Below are positions 44,808 through 55,500 of a DNA stretch of 64,000 bases, in pieces. The number at the start of each line of letters is the position of its first letter. The first letter of the stretch is position 1. Both the position numbers and the translations under genes were made by a program. The notes beneath the pieces are model-generated. The model did not search any database and was not told the origin of the DNA. It saw only the letters and a program-made list of their open reading frames with translations. The stretch covers positions 42,322 to 106,321 of the forward strand of contig CAYRQP010000001.1 of assembly GCA_964426545.1 (NCBI GenBank). Reading direction: 5' to 3'. The stretch is from an uncultured bacterium. Lineage in GTDB: Bacteria; Fermentibacterota; Fermentibacteria; Fermentibacterales; JCC-6.

Positions 44808-45635
44808 ATGGACCTTAAACAAATACTGTCAGTTTCAGCATGCAGTACTGATATCAAGACAAGAACCAAGGAAGATGCCCTTGCTGAGTTGGGAAACCTT
44901 CTTGCTACATCTCCGGGTGCTGCCGGGATATCAGGTGAAACTATTAAGGAAGCCCTTCTCGAAAGAGAGATCCTCGGTTCCACCGGCTTCGGCAACGGCA
45001 TAGCCATCCCGCACTGTAAGATAGAAGGAATACCGGACTTCATGATGGCGCTTGCTATTTCCCCCAGAGGTACTCAATTCGATGCAATGGACAATCACAG
45101 TGTTCACATATTCTGCGCAATTATCGGACCTCCTGACGAACCGGAAAAACATCTTCGCCTTCTTGCAGTCGCCAGCCGGATACTCGGTTCAGGAAGATCC
45201 CGCTATGAACTTCTCAACAGCGCTACCCCCTATGCACTGAGAGAGGGATTTCTCTTTCATGCGGCACCTGCCACAGCTCTAATGAAGAAGAAGGGCAAAA
45301 CAAAACTCCTGATGACAATTGTCCAGGATGAAGACACCTACGAAGAAATAATGGAACTCTTCCTTGAAATGGACATACTCGGTGCAGTAACACACGAAGG
45401 CAGTCTCATGGGGCAGGTGCTGTCCGGAGCACCTATTTTTGCGGACTTTCTCGAAGTGCTTGGTAGATCAGACCCTGAACCAAAGACAATCATTACCACT
45501 GTACCCGAAGAATCTCTCGATGAAATAGTTTCTGCCATAGAAGAGATTACGGGCGACCTCGACAATCACCTTGGTGCATGCATCATAGTTTTGACTCCCG
45601 ACCTTATTCGGGGCTCACTTGAGACAATCAGATAG
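44808..45635 (+). CDS. PTS EIIA (Ntr/Fru type) domain fused to a C-terminal PII-like domain
   Basis: LLERE..GSTGFGNGIAIPHC (phospho-His), FDAMD, HLRLL. The last 110 aa or so (KLLMTIV...G..MGQ...PIFA...KTIITTV...IEEITGDL...GACIIVL) follow a PII-like pattern. Start ATG 44808 after GGAG. Confidence 0.78.
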   Translation: MDLKQILSVSACSTDIKTRTKEDALAELGNLLATSPGAAGISGETIKEALLEREILGSTGFGNGIAIPHCKIEGIPDFMMALAISPRGTQFDAMDNHSVHIFCAIIGPPDEPEKHLRLLAVASRILGSGRSRYELLNSATPYALREGFLFHAAPATALMKKKGKTKLLMTIVQDEDTYEEIMELFLEMDILGAVTHEGSLMGQVLSGAPIFADFLEVLGRSDPEPKTIITTVPEESLDEIVSAIEEITGDLDNHLGACIIVLTPDLIRGSLETIR

Positions 45636-45649
45636 AAGATAGGAGAATA

Positions 45650-47032
45650 ATGTCAGACCTTTCCGCTAAAATGAAAGAACTATTCGAGAGGATAGATGTC
45701 AACAATACCTGGCGCCAGAAACAGTGCATCAATCTCATCCCTTCAGAAAACACCCCAAGTCCCCTCGTTAAGATATGTGAACTGGCTGACCCGGCAGGCC
45801 GTTATGCTGAACACAAGAAGATGAAGGGTAAAGAAGTTTATTTCTATCATGGCACTGACTTCATTAGACGTGTAGAAGAAGAGGCAAGAGAAGCTGTTAC
45901 TGAGTATTTCGCCTGCAGTGAAGCCGAACTCCGTACAATAAGCGGGCAAATGGCAAATGAAGTCGTGTTCAAAGCAGTCACGAAGTTTATCAACAGGTCA
46001 ACTCCGGATGGGACTTTCCGGAAACTGCACTCGGTGATGAACAACAATCTTGGCAAGGGCGGACATCTCTCGAGTCAGCCTTTTGGTGCCCTCTTCAATT
46101 TTGTTGACATCAATCCCGAAACCGATAAGGAGAATTGCATTAATTTCCCCGTTCTGCCGGATAACCCTTATAAGATGGATACGAGGAAAATGCTGGAACT
46201 CGCTGAAACGGTCAGGCCTGAACTCGTCATCTTCGGCAAGAGCATGTTCCTCTATCCCGAACCTGTCAGGGAATTTGCCGAACTTGTAAAGGACTGGGAA
46301 GACAGACCAATAATAATGTATGACATGGCGCATGTACTTGGTATCTACGGGGCGTTTCAGGCTCCGCTTGCCGACGGGGCGGATATTGTGACAGGTTCGA
46401 CTCACAAGACATTCTTCGGCCCACAACGCGGAGTCGTGGTAAGCAACATGGCAAAGAAAACTCCGCTTCGTAAACTATGGCTCGATGTAAAAGGCAGGGC
46501 ATTCCCCGGAAGCACAAGCAATCATCACCTTGCGACTCTTCTCGGTCTGCTCGTTGCGACATTGGAAATGAACGCCTTTAAAGACGAGTACCAGAAACAG
46601 GTTCTTTCCAATGCAAGGGCGTTCGCACAGCATCTTGCCGATAACGGGCTTCATGTCGAAGGTGATCCCGCTGACGGCTACACTCACACACATCAGGTGG
46701 TAATTCGAACTGCCGACTACGGCAATGGCATGGAAGTCGCGGACCGGCTTCAGGAAAGCAATATCATTGTCAACTATCAGGGACTGCCTGATGATGAGAC
46801 TTTTCTTTTTGCCAGCGGTGTCCGAACCGGTGTTTCCGAAATGACAAGGTTTGGCATGAATGAAGATGATTTCGGCTCTCTTGCTGAATTGATGGCAAGG
46901 GTCATAATCAAGGGCGAGAACTGTTCCGGCGAAGTCACCGAACTCCGAAGCAGATTCCTGAAAATGCGTTACACACTTCCTGAAACGGAAATGGACGAAC
47001 TGTTTGCCGGAGCTCTGAAGACAGCGTTCTAA
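45650..47032 (+). CDS. glyA: Serine hydroxymethyltransferase-family PLP enzyme, atypical (archaeal-like motif)
   Basis: INLIPSEN, SGQMAN, GGHLS, YDMAHVLG, GSTHKTFFGPQRG (PLP Lys), AFPG, SGVRTG, TRFGM. Confidence 0.8.
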   Translation: MSDLSAKMKELFERIDVNNTWRQKQCINLIPSENTPSPLVKICELADPAGRYAEHKKMKGKEVYFYHGTDFIRRVEEEAREAVTEYFACSEAELRTISGQMANEVVFKAVTKFINRSTPDGTFRKLHSVMNNNLGKGGHLSSQPFGALFNFVDINPETDKENCINFPVLPDNPYKMDTRKMLELAETVRPELVIFGKSMFLYPEPVREFAELVKDWEDRPIIMYDMAHVLGIYGAFQAPLADGADIVTGSTHKTFFGPQRGVVVSNMAKKTPLRKLWLDVKGRAFPGSTSNHHLATLLGLLVATLEMNAFKDEYQKQVLSNARAFAQHLADNGLHVEGDPADGYTHTHQVVIRTADYGNGMEVADRLQESNIIVNYQGLPDDETFLFASGVRTGVSEMTRFGMNEDDFGSLAELMARVIIKGENCSGEVTELRSRFLKMRYTLPETEMDELFAGALKTAF

Positions 47033-47054
47033 CTACTGCTGCCCTGCTCTACTT

Positions 47055-47211
47055 GGAGACATTCCTGCGCAGAAAGAAGACACTCCTCCTTCTGTAGGGA
47101 CATGATTTCTTCGTGTCCTGTTAGATCTGGTACTTGAATAAACGGCAGGTGCTAATAGGGGACACACCTCCTTGAAAGCAGGAACTCTTTCTGCGGAGGA
47201 ATGTCCCCATT
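47055..47211. repeat. Composite cluster of REP-like elements (inverted partial B, C, full B) between convergent genes
   Basis: 47055-47077 matches the reverse complement of the B 3' arm at 21/23 nt; 47099-47122 is family C; 47148-47211 is a full B copy. Confidence 0.8.
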
Positions 47212-47216
47212 AGTTG

Positions 47217-48857
47217 CTAGTTGTGCTCGATTGTCAGCTGACCCGGGCTCCAGTCCTCTGCAGCTTCAGGCTCGGTAATCTTAGCATAGATCGACCAGGT
47301 TCCTTCGGTTGCTCCCGTGCAGTCCCAGTTATACGCTTCATCTCCGCTCGGGACATCATATGCAATCGGATAGAGCGTTGTACCACCGGTGGAGTCTGTC
47401 GAATAGGAGAAATCAATCAGCACGCTATCCGGTGCATCGCATGTCCATTCAAGACGGTATGTCGTATCAGCTGTAGCACCACCTGCCGGTGGTGTAGTAA
47501 GTGTCAACAGGTATCCTGTATGATCTATTGTGAGTATGCCGGAACTCCAGTCAGTCATTGTATCGAATTCGTCATCGAAAGCACCGTAGATATACCAGCC
47601 CCCGTTTAATGCTTCCGCACAGTCCCAGATGTAATAGCCGGTATTGGGGATTTTCGTATCTATCACGAATAACTCAGCACTTACCGTGTCCTCGGAGAAC
47701 CAGAGATTCAGGTCAAACTCTGATGGAACTTCGGTATCCCATTCAATCTGATACTCCTCATCCGCTTCGGCTCCCTCTTTAGGCGGTGCTGTAATTTCAA
47801 ATGTATATTCGAAATCATGATTTATTGTTATCATACCTGCGCTGTAATCTGAACCTGTGTCTCCTTCTTCCAGGATTGTCCCGTAAACGTAGTATGTACC
47901 TTCTGGTACACCGAAACAGTTCCATTCGTAATCCCAATCTGCATGATCGAGTCCGGATACTATAGACACCAGTCCGCTACCGGGAAGACTGTCAGTATCG
48001 TAATACAGGTCAACAACAGCAGCTCCGCCGCTTGTAATCGAAGTCCATTCTATAGTATAGGTCGAATCTGCAGTGGCTCCGCTCAATGGAGGCTGTGTAA
48101 TTGACACTTGCGGAAGACTTCCGCCATGGAAGACCAGCAGCTGTCCATCGCTGAAATCATCTGCTTCCTCTTCCTCCCTTGAAGGTGAAGTACTTATGAA
48201 GTCTGAAGTCGCCTTAGATCCACCCTGAGTTGCAATTATGTAAATGTAATAGTATCCGACATCTATGCGGCTGCAGTCCCATTCATATTTATAAACATCC
48301 GAAAGGTTGTTGACTATTGAAACAGTATCGAGGGAAGTTGTGCTTGTACAACGGTAAACATCGAACTTCGGCTTCGAGAATCCTGTTGTTGTCCACTCGA
48401 TTGTGTAAGTCGAATCCACTTCGGTAATGCCCTCCGGCGGTGCGGTAATCCTAACCGTATACTGCGGAGCGGCATGGTCGAATGCTATTGAGCCGGTACT
48501 GTAAACTGCTATTGGTTCAGCCCCTGTGCCTTCAACCATTGCACGAATGTAAACAATGTCTTCATAAACCTGTACACAGTTCCATTCGTGGGACCCCGTT
48601 GCAGGAAGTGAATCTGCAATGAACTCCAGTCCTGTGGACGGATATAAGTCCGTATCATAAGTAAGTGTTACTGAAGCATCTGAAACAGCACCGGTGGTTT
48701 CCCACATAATCACATAGGATGAGTCTACCCCCGTAACCGATGTATCTGGCCGTGTAATCTCAATCGACATTACAATCAGCTCTTCGGGGTTATTGCAGGA
48801 AATGATAAGCACTGATATTAGCAAAGTTAAGAAAAGGAATAGTCTACTGTAATTCAT
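47217..48857 (-). CDS. Lipoprotein with five tandem ~100-aa Ig-like beta repeats
   Basis: GAAGGAG + ATG 48857, lipobox LIIS|C. Five repeats of IT.PP....D..Y.I.W ... W[ND]C ... Y[IV]Y ... S.G...[IF].H. Confidence 0.85.
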   Translation of the reverse strand: MNYSRLFLFLTLLISVLIISCNNPEELIVMSIEITRPDTSVTGVDSSYVIMWETTGAVSDASVTLTYDTDLYPSTGLEFIADSLPATGSHEWNCVQVYEDIVYIRAMVEGTGAEPIAVYSTGSIAFDHAAPQYTVRITAPPEGITEVDSTYTIEWTTTGFSKPKFDVYRCTSTTSLDTVSIVNNLSDVYKYEWDCSRIDVGYYYIYIIATQGGSKATSDFISTSPSREEEEADDFSDGQLLVFHGGSLPQVSITQPPLSGATADSTYTIEWTSITSGGAAVVDLYYDTDSLPGSGLVSIVSGLDHADWDYEWNCFGVPEGTYYVYGTILEEGDTGSDYSAGMITINHDFEYTFEITAPPKEGAEADEEYQIEWDTEVPSEFDLNLWFSEDTVSAELFVIDTKIPNTGYYIWDCAEALNGGWYIYGAFDDEFDTMTDWSSGILTIDHTGYLLTLTTPPAGGATADTTYRLEWTCDAPDSVLIDFSYSTDSTGGTTLYPIAYDVPSGDEAYNWDCTGATEGTWSIYAKITEPEAAEDWSPGQLTIEHN

Positions 48858-49014
48858 TGTGCTCCTTCTGAGTATTTTCACATTGTATTCACTAAACATC
48901 CAGGCAGTTAATCACCTTAACCAAAACTGAATGTACTTATAATCATATTACTATAATAATATAAAAATTTTCGCCTGAAGTATAGTGCATATAATTTCAT
49001 TAATTCTTGCCTGT

Positions 49015-49650
49015 TTACAGCACCGAATAGACCAGATTGGGAGGAGAACTTATCCTCGATGCCCTGCCTTCACCTTCAGCACCTACCTCTATTGTAAACT
49101 GTATCTGCCTGATTCTGTCGAGATAACTGAACCCGTCGAGTTCGCTGCACATGATCTCATCTCCGTTGCTGTCGAAGTATGTGAATATCATTCTTCCCTG
49201 AACCGAACCGTGATACACAACATTGCCTGCCGCATCTGTAACAGTAAGCATGCCATCCCCGTCTCTGCTCAGCGTCAGCGTATCCTCCAGACCGGGATTT
49301 CCTCTCCCTGATATATCAGCGATGAATGTAACAGCAGTCGAATCAGCATGTAGAATAGGATGCCAGTCTTCACCGACACTATAGGCTCTCAAACCCGCAT
49401 TTTGAATAAACTCCTCTATCTCATCCAAAGCCAAACGCTGATTCGTTTCAATGCGATTATGCTCAATGCTGCTGTCCACAACATCTTTCTGGTTCAGAAA
49501 GAACAGATATACGGAAGCAACCAGGATGCTGAATATCGCTACTGTGATTGTCAGTTCGAGGAGGGTGAAGGCTATTCTATAAATCGGTCGTACAAGAAAT
49601 CCAACAGTTTCTTTTTTTAGCAATAACCCAGTGAACAAGGTGGGTTTCAT
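49015..49650 (-). CDS. Minor pilin, PilW-like (short paralogue of the giant pilin N-terminus)
   Basis: RIA|FTLLELTITVAIFSIL with E5; shares DWHPI, F.AD, FTY...G, IR.IQ and SP.NL with 52594-56526. Confidence 0.8.
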   Translation of the reverse strand: MKPTLFTGLLLKKETVGFLVRPIYRIAFTLLELTITVAIFSILVASVYLFFLNQKDVVDSSIEHNRIETNQRLALDEIEEFIQNAGLRAYSVGEDWHPILHADSTAVTFIADISGRGNPGLEDTLTLSRDGDGMLTVTDAAGNVVYHGSVQGRMIFTYFDSNGDEIMCSELDGFSYLDRIRQIQFTIEVGAEGEGRASRISSPPNLVYSVL

Positions 49651-49677
49651 ATCCGACCTTTCGGCATCATCACGAAA

Positions 49678-51090
49678 TCAGAACATATTCTCATCGATAT
49701 CGCGACCTTCATAATCAGGGTCTTCCTGCCAGGATGTCATCTTCCACCTGTTGAGAGATGGAAAATGCGGCGGATGCATTGATGTAAGCAGGACATTCCA
49801 GGCTATCGCAAGCTCATAACCTCTGTTTCCGCTGCCAAGATATCCCATCGACCTCTGAATCAAACCGCCGAAAATAGTCACCCGGACAGATGGGTCAGGC
49901 TTGGAGGGGTTTTCAGCTTTCAGGCATCCGCCGGGAATTGCAACTGATGCATGTATCTGGATGCTGCGGTCTGTCTCTATATGCCAGGGAGGACTCCAGT
50001 CGTCTCCCCCCGGGTCATTTGCGATGACAATATCACCCAGGGAAACTATTCCCATAGGCCCCGATGCTCCGGAAAGCGGTGCATCTATATCACCTGCTAT
50101 GTAAATGCTGCCGGTCGAAATTATCGTCACCGGATGATCCGGTCTGCCTGCAGTTTTCAGATAACAGGCATGAGCACCGCCCTGAATGAATACAACGGTT
50201 TTACCTTCAAGCGATATGATGTCCGGCGTTGACTGTTTGTCGCGCTTCGACAGCAATCTGTTCCCGTCGATAATAACCCTTTCAGGCATGAACAGGCAGG
50301 TTCCCTGCTGACTTGCTTCGAATGCAAGTGCAGTAAACCATGAGTCGAAAAGACTGAAGTCTATGCTGTCAGCCTGCACTTCCCAGTATGGTCTTCCCTG
50401 GATATGATGGCTATACGGTCTTACCCAGACATTCGAACCCGGCGGATGCGGGTTAGCGGAATAGCCGGCCCCTGTGAATAAGTAACTGCTCTGAGATGTC
50501 GAAACAGCTTTGACAAACGGGTCATCAGTCGAATCGGGTGTCATGCTTGAAAACTGGATCGTACCGTTGGAGTGCACGGGACCATCTATAACCCGCCTGT
50601 CAGTGAAGAACCCCGAAGCAATTCCGTAATCGACCAAAAGAGCATAACGGGAAGGATAATCTGGTGATGTCCTTATCACAACATCTCTCGTTACTCCGTT
50701 CGAAAGTCCCCTGCTGCGTATCTCGACCCCACCTATGACATTTGGGAGATAGTTGGAGTCATATGGGTCGATTACTACCCATGCTTTTCCGCATCCGCCC
50801 GGAAGTTCCATCCACTGAAGGCTGTCTCCCTGCATCGAATAGGGCTCCCTGAATTCCGGAGAAGCTCCTTCTTCCGCCAGTTGATAAATTGTCAAATTGG
50901 CACCTGCTTCAGCCGATGCAAGTGCCCTTATTCTGTTCTGTGTGTGTATGTGTGACCTGATATTGGTCTGAAATATGATATACAGGGCGCTTGACAGCAC
51001 GATGAGAACAAGCGTGAGCATAAGAGTGATTGCAAGGATAGCACCTTCGCGACCTTCTACTGAAACCCGATCGATAGACTCATCTCTCAT
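49678..51090 (-). CDS. PilX-like minor pilin (no E5), paralogue 2
   Basis: REG|AILAITLMLTLVL, ALASAEAGA, SRYALL, DGPVHSNG, IVIANDP, PPHFP. Confidence 0.78.
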   Translation of the reverse strand: MRDESIDRVSVEGREGAILAITLMLTLVLIVLSSALYIIFQTNIRSHIHTQNRIRALASAEAGANLTIYQLAEEGASPEFREPYSMQGDSLQWMELPGGCGKAWVVIDPYDSNYLPNVIGGVEIRSRGLSNGVTRDVVIRTSPDYPSRYALLVDYGIASGFFTDRRVIDGPVHSNGTIQFSSMTPDSTDDPFVKAVSTSQSSYLFTGAGYSANPHPPGSNVWVRPYSHHIQGRPYWEVQADSIDFSLFDSWFTALAFEASQQGTCLFMPERVIIDGNRLLSKRDKQSTPDIISLEGKTVVFIQGGAHACYLKTAGRPDHPVTIISTGSIYIAGDIDAPLSGASGPMGIVSLGDIVIANDPGGDDWSPPWHIETDRSIQIHASVAIPGGCLKAENPSKPDPSVRVTIFGGLIQRSMGYLGSGNRGYELAIAWNVLLTSMHPPHFPSLNRWKMTSWQEDPDYEGRDIDENMF

Positions 51091-51095
51091 ACGGA

Positions 51096-52586
51096 CTAGT
51101 ACTTATCAAGAAGAAGCATGCTTTCAGTCAGGTCCCTGTTTTCCTCCCAGTATATAATTTCCCACTCTCCTGTCTGTGGAAAATACGGCGGCTGCATGCT
51201 CATTAATCTCGTATCGTAGTAGATAGTCGAAATTAAACCTGCAGTACCACCGCCCCCGTATGAGACTGAAGTAATGCCTTCCGTATCGATCATGTAACCG
51301 CCCATGATACTCAGATCGACAGCCGGAGAAGGGTAATACGGATACTCTGCAATCAACTCACCGGTAAGAGCCATGAATACTCCATCGAAAGTAAAATCGG
51401 AATTAGTCATTATCTGCCATGGAGAATCCCAGTCTGCACCCTCCGGGTCATTTGCTATGACAATATCACCGTATGCGGTAAAGAGTCCCAGCATATCTGT
51501 ATTGTTCTCATCGAGCACATCGGGATTCTGATAGATATGTGGTCCTGCAATGTAAATGTGCCCGTTGCATCCTATCGTAAGTGGGATTCCTGCCCCGCCG
51601 CTACCGGGATACTCTTTTACATAAATCCTATCATTCGTGCCATTATCTATCCACACAACAGGTTTTGCATAAGTACTCATGTCATAAGTAGATACAATTC
51701 CACCATTGGTTTTCCGAACCAGCAGGGTGTCATTCGTAATTAGTATTCTCGTTCCGCTGGGAGCCTGTATTGATGACAATGTCAGTCCACCGCTACTCGC
51801 ATGGCTCGGTATGGACTCCCAGTTAACTTCATCGGGACCGAAGTCAATTTCCTCTGCACTCAGGTCGAAATAAGGCTCACCCAGCAGCATTTTCTGGATG
51901 GGCTGAATCTGAAGATAACCATACTCGGGAGTTGTTGCCTGAGTGCCGGGGTCGGTACCATAATAGTAATAGCCGCATGTGAGATTCAGACTGTAGAAAT
52001 ACGGGTCATTCGAAGTACCGGACGAAGAACTGTAAATACAAATTGGGCCATTCGCATGGAAAGGTCCATCGAACCGATATCCGTCCCCGTAATAATCATC
52101 AGTGTTAGGATTGTTCAGAAAACAGGCGAATCGGGCGAAGTTCAGTGGCATCATCATAACTTCCATGCCGTACATATAGTTCGTGTTGTTCAAGCGGTCC
52201 TTTGCCAGTACCCTGACACCATAGGCATTAGCCTCCGTGACATAGGCATTGTTATTGTGCGGGTCTATCACGACTTTCACTACTCCCAGATTTTCATACT
52301 CAAGGTTATACCATCCGGGTGTCGTACTGTCGGGCATAAACATCACTGGTGTGATTCCTCCCGGCACCTGAGTACCTTCGAGAATCATGTGTGAAGCAAG
52401 TGCCGCTCCAGCTTCAGCGGTATACATCGCGACCAGTTCATCTTTTTCCCACTCGTGTGCACCAATATTTGCCTGAAAAAGAACATATATAGCAGCGGAA
52501 AGAAGGACGAATACAACTGTGACTATTGCTGCCGCTACCAGTGCTGAACCATTTTCAAACCGGGCTTTTCTTGTCTTTGTCATCAT
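51096..52586 (-). CDS. PilX-like minor pilin (no E5), paralogue 1
   Basis: Start moved to ATG 52586 (or 52583); ENG|SALVAAAIVTVVF, AMYTAEAGA, FDGPFHANG, IVIANDP, PPYFP. Confidence 0.78.
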   Translation of the reverse strand: MMTKTRKARFENGSALVAAAIVTVVFVLLSAAIYVLFQANIGAHEWEKDELVAMYTAEAGAALASHMILEGTQVPGGITPVMFMPDSTTPGWYNLEYENLGVVKVVIDPHNNNAYVTEANAYGVRVLAKDRLNNTNYMYGMEVMMMPLNFARFACFLNNPNTDDYYGDGYRFDGPFHANGPICIYSSSSGTSNDPYFYSLNLTCGYYYYGTDPGTQATTPEYGYLQIQPIQKMLLGEPYFDLSAEEIDFGPDEVNWESIPSHASSGGLTLSSIQAPSGTRILITNDTLLVRKTNGGIVSTYDMSTYAKPVVWIDNGTNDRIYVKEYPGSGGAGIPLTIGCNGHIYIAGPHIYQNPDVLDENNTDMLGLFTAYGDIVIANDPEGADWDSPWQIMTNSDFTFDGVFMALTGELIAEYPYYPSPAVDLSIMGGYMIDTEGITSVSYGGGGTAGLISTIYYDTRLMSMQPPYFPQTGEWEIIYWEENRDLTESMLLLDKY

Positions 52587-52593
52587 CTGCCCC

Positions 52594-55500
52594 CTATTCC
52601 GCATCCCCGAAGACCTGTACATTGTCGAGATTCCATCCGCCACGCACTCCATCCGAACCGGAACTTTGGACATATCTGATGAAGAAATAATCGGCATTAT
52701 CATCATGCCCTGCTTCCATTGCAGTACTCATCTCAATCTCTTCCGTGTCCCAGTAGGAGTGATTTGTATTATAGGTTCTAATGAGTATCCAGTCTTCTTC
52801 ATCTGTCGGATAGTCTTCATCTTCGCTGAATCCAATGAAGACAAGAGCGTCATCTCCCCCTGAAAGCCGTACACACCTGTCGAATCGAAGTATAACAGAC
52901 GATTGTTCAGAGTCGGGCATCTCGTATGCAGGAGATATAAGATACGCCCATGCATCATTGTTGTAGTAACCATCATCTGAGAGGTCAGTACCCGCTATGG
53001 AACCGTCATTTTCAGGAACGAGCCAGGGATCTACGTCCGGAACAACGACTGGTGCACCAAACTCCCAGTCATCATTGGTGCCTGCGTGAGTCCAGGCTGT
53101 CGGAATTCCACCTGCCGCATCGGCAAAACTGTAGATTCCCTCAAAATCAGAATATACATACTCACTGTTCAGCGGAGATTCCGAAATGCTATTGGTCGAA
53201 CCGAGTCCGATATCACATGCTATTTCAGCTATTGATGTTCCAATCTTCATAAACGGGAGGTCATTGCTTCTTACAAGGACTGACGGGTCGTAATTGTCAT
53301 TAGAACTGCGCCTGCACATGTAGTCACTCGTCTGTATATGTTCCCAATACACGATGTCCTCCGAGGATGCGGAATCAGCTTTTTCAATCTTCACTGCAAG
53401 CTGCTGTCCTTCCGGAAGGTAGAATATCGAGTCGAGAGAAATCGACTGCCAGCCGCTCTCCTGAACCTGAAGAGAAACGCCGTCTGCTGCAAGTGTCATG
53501 CTGTATGTATTCCATTCTCCGGCTCCCGTGAATGCAGAGTCATCAGGGATGGAAGACATATAAATATCGACATTGTTGAATGTGCAGTCAGGGTAGTCAC
53601 TTGTGACATTGAAGGCTATAGACTGAATCGAATAGACATCGACTGTTGTTTGTATCAAAAGGTCATCTACCTTCCAGAATCCGTCTGTCACTGTGGCTGC
53701 TGCACCGAAGACAAATCGGATTATCACCAAATTGCCTGCAAATGATGAAAGGTCAGCTGAAGCAGTTTGCCAGACATATCTCGAACCTGCCCCATAGTAT
53801 ATGTGCGTATTCGCAGGTGCCGGATGTTCGGGACTGCAGATACCGGTATAGCCCAGCGGAAGAATGCTCCAGGTTACTCCGTTATCTGAACTGATCTGAA
53901 CATAACCGCCGGCGCTGTTCGACTGGGTGTTATACTGATGCTTGAAGGAAAAGAAAGTCTCTATTGCTGTCGATGGAATATACACCGACGGTGTCTGAAG
54001 ATAGCAGTAGGAACTGTCGCTGAAACCACCTTCGTCATTCTGAATTTCCCAGTAATCATTGGATGATTCACTGCCTATTCTCCAGTCATCGATACCTGTA
54101 TAACCCTTCTTATCCGAATAAAGAGTATTATGCTCCCAGCCGGGGACAGTGTTTTCATCAGTTAAGGAAGCAATCTCGATATCATCCCATCCTCTTCCGT
54201 AATTAGGCCAGCTTCCCTGATCATACTGACTCAGCATTATTTCAAATGAAGAACTGAATTCCTGGTCATTGGAACGGGCAGCAGCATCGAGGTCCAGAGC
54301 AAGAGTATTCCATTCCAATCCGGAAGTCTGCGGTTGGGCAATGCTAACATACACCGAATCATCATGTGTTACTGTGAGAATAATATTGTCGAGTGAAATT
54401 CCGTCTGAAGCATTGAAAAGGTCAGCCTGATAATTGCCGTACTGTCCGAAGATTATGTAGATGCTGCTGTCCGGCATTGAGGAAGGTGTAAAGGAGACTG
54501 AGCGGTCATGCCAGCTGTAATCTGAATAGTTGTTGGGATTTAAGTATTCGATTATTTCGAAGCTACCGTCAATATCTCCCGTTGAATTCCAACCGACAAA
54601 ATCAGATTGAGTCCCTGAATCATGATTGTCATCACTGTGGTCGTGGAAACGGTAGTGCACCGTGAAGACATCGCCGTTGCTGTATCCGACCGTTGAAGCC
54701 TCAATCATCACCCGGTTATATGCATACTGTCCCTGATATTGAGCATCCATCGTGATAAACTGCCCGTTGCCCTGCCAGGTCGACGGAGAGTGAACTCTCA
54801 CCCGCCCGCTTCCCGAATAGTGTATGTCTCCGGGCGTTCTGCCGCGAACCGGCTCGAAGTCGATTGTGAACAATGTATCTGTAGAAGTACTCTCCACATG
54901 CAGATATACTCCGTCGAGATCATGCAAGGTCTCCCATGTGCCGGCTTTTGAGTCCATCTTCAGTATAAGATTATCCGTATTCTCATTGAAATCTGAAAGG
55001 TCGACATTCCATACCGCCATATTCTGCACTGACGGTCCGGTTACGTCCCTGTCCAATCGCAGGAATGTCATCCCGCCCTCCGTGATAATACCGCACCTTC
55101 CGTTTATCGGACCCGGAGTATATTGCCACGAAGGATTGAACTTTGATTCAAAATCTTCGGAATATACAATTGTGGTGTCAGTTGCTATAGAGGGATCTAT
55201 TCCATCCTCCCATAATGTCACGAGCATCTCTTCTGTATATGCAACATCGAATGTCTCTTCTTCCGTCAGTGCTTCTCCAGGGTCTTCGTCCGGAGTATAG
55301 GATATCCATTCGATTGCATTCTTAAACAGCACCCATCCTCCATTCTCCGTGAACTGGGTTGCCTGCCAGGGAGAGAAGTGAACACGTCTTCGAGTCGGCA
55401 TGGCTTCATTGATTACAGAGACACCAGAGGAATCATCTACGGCATCAATTCTCGTGAGTAGTGTCGTTCCTGATCTGAAGTCATACATGCTCGAATGATA

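Noticed and set aside
52587-52706. Apparent 113-nt overlap between the giant pilin and PilX ORFs
   Set aside because: Artefact of longest-ORF calling; the pilin-type signal places the start at 52586/52583.
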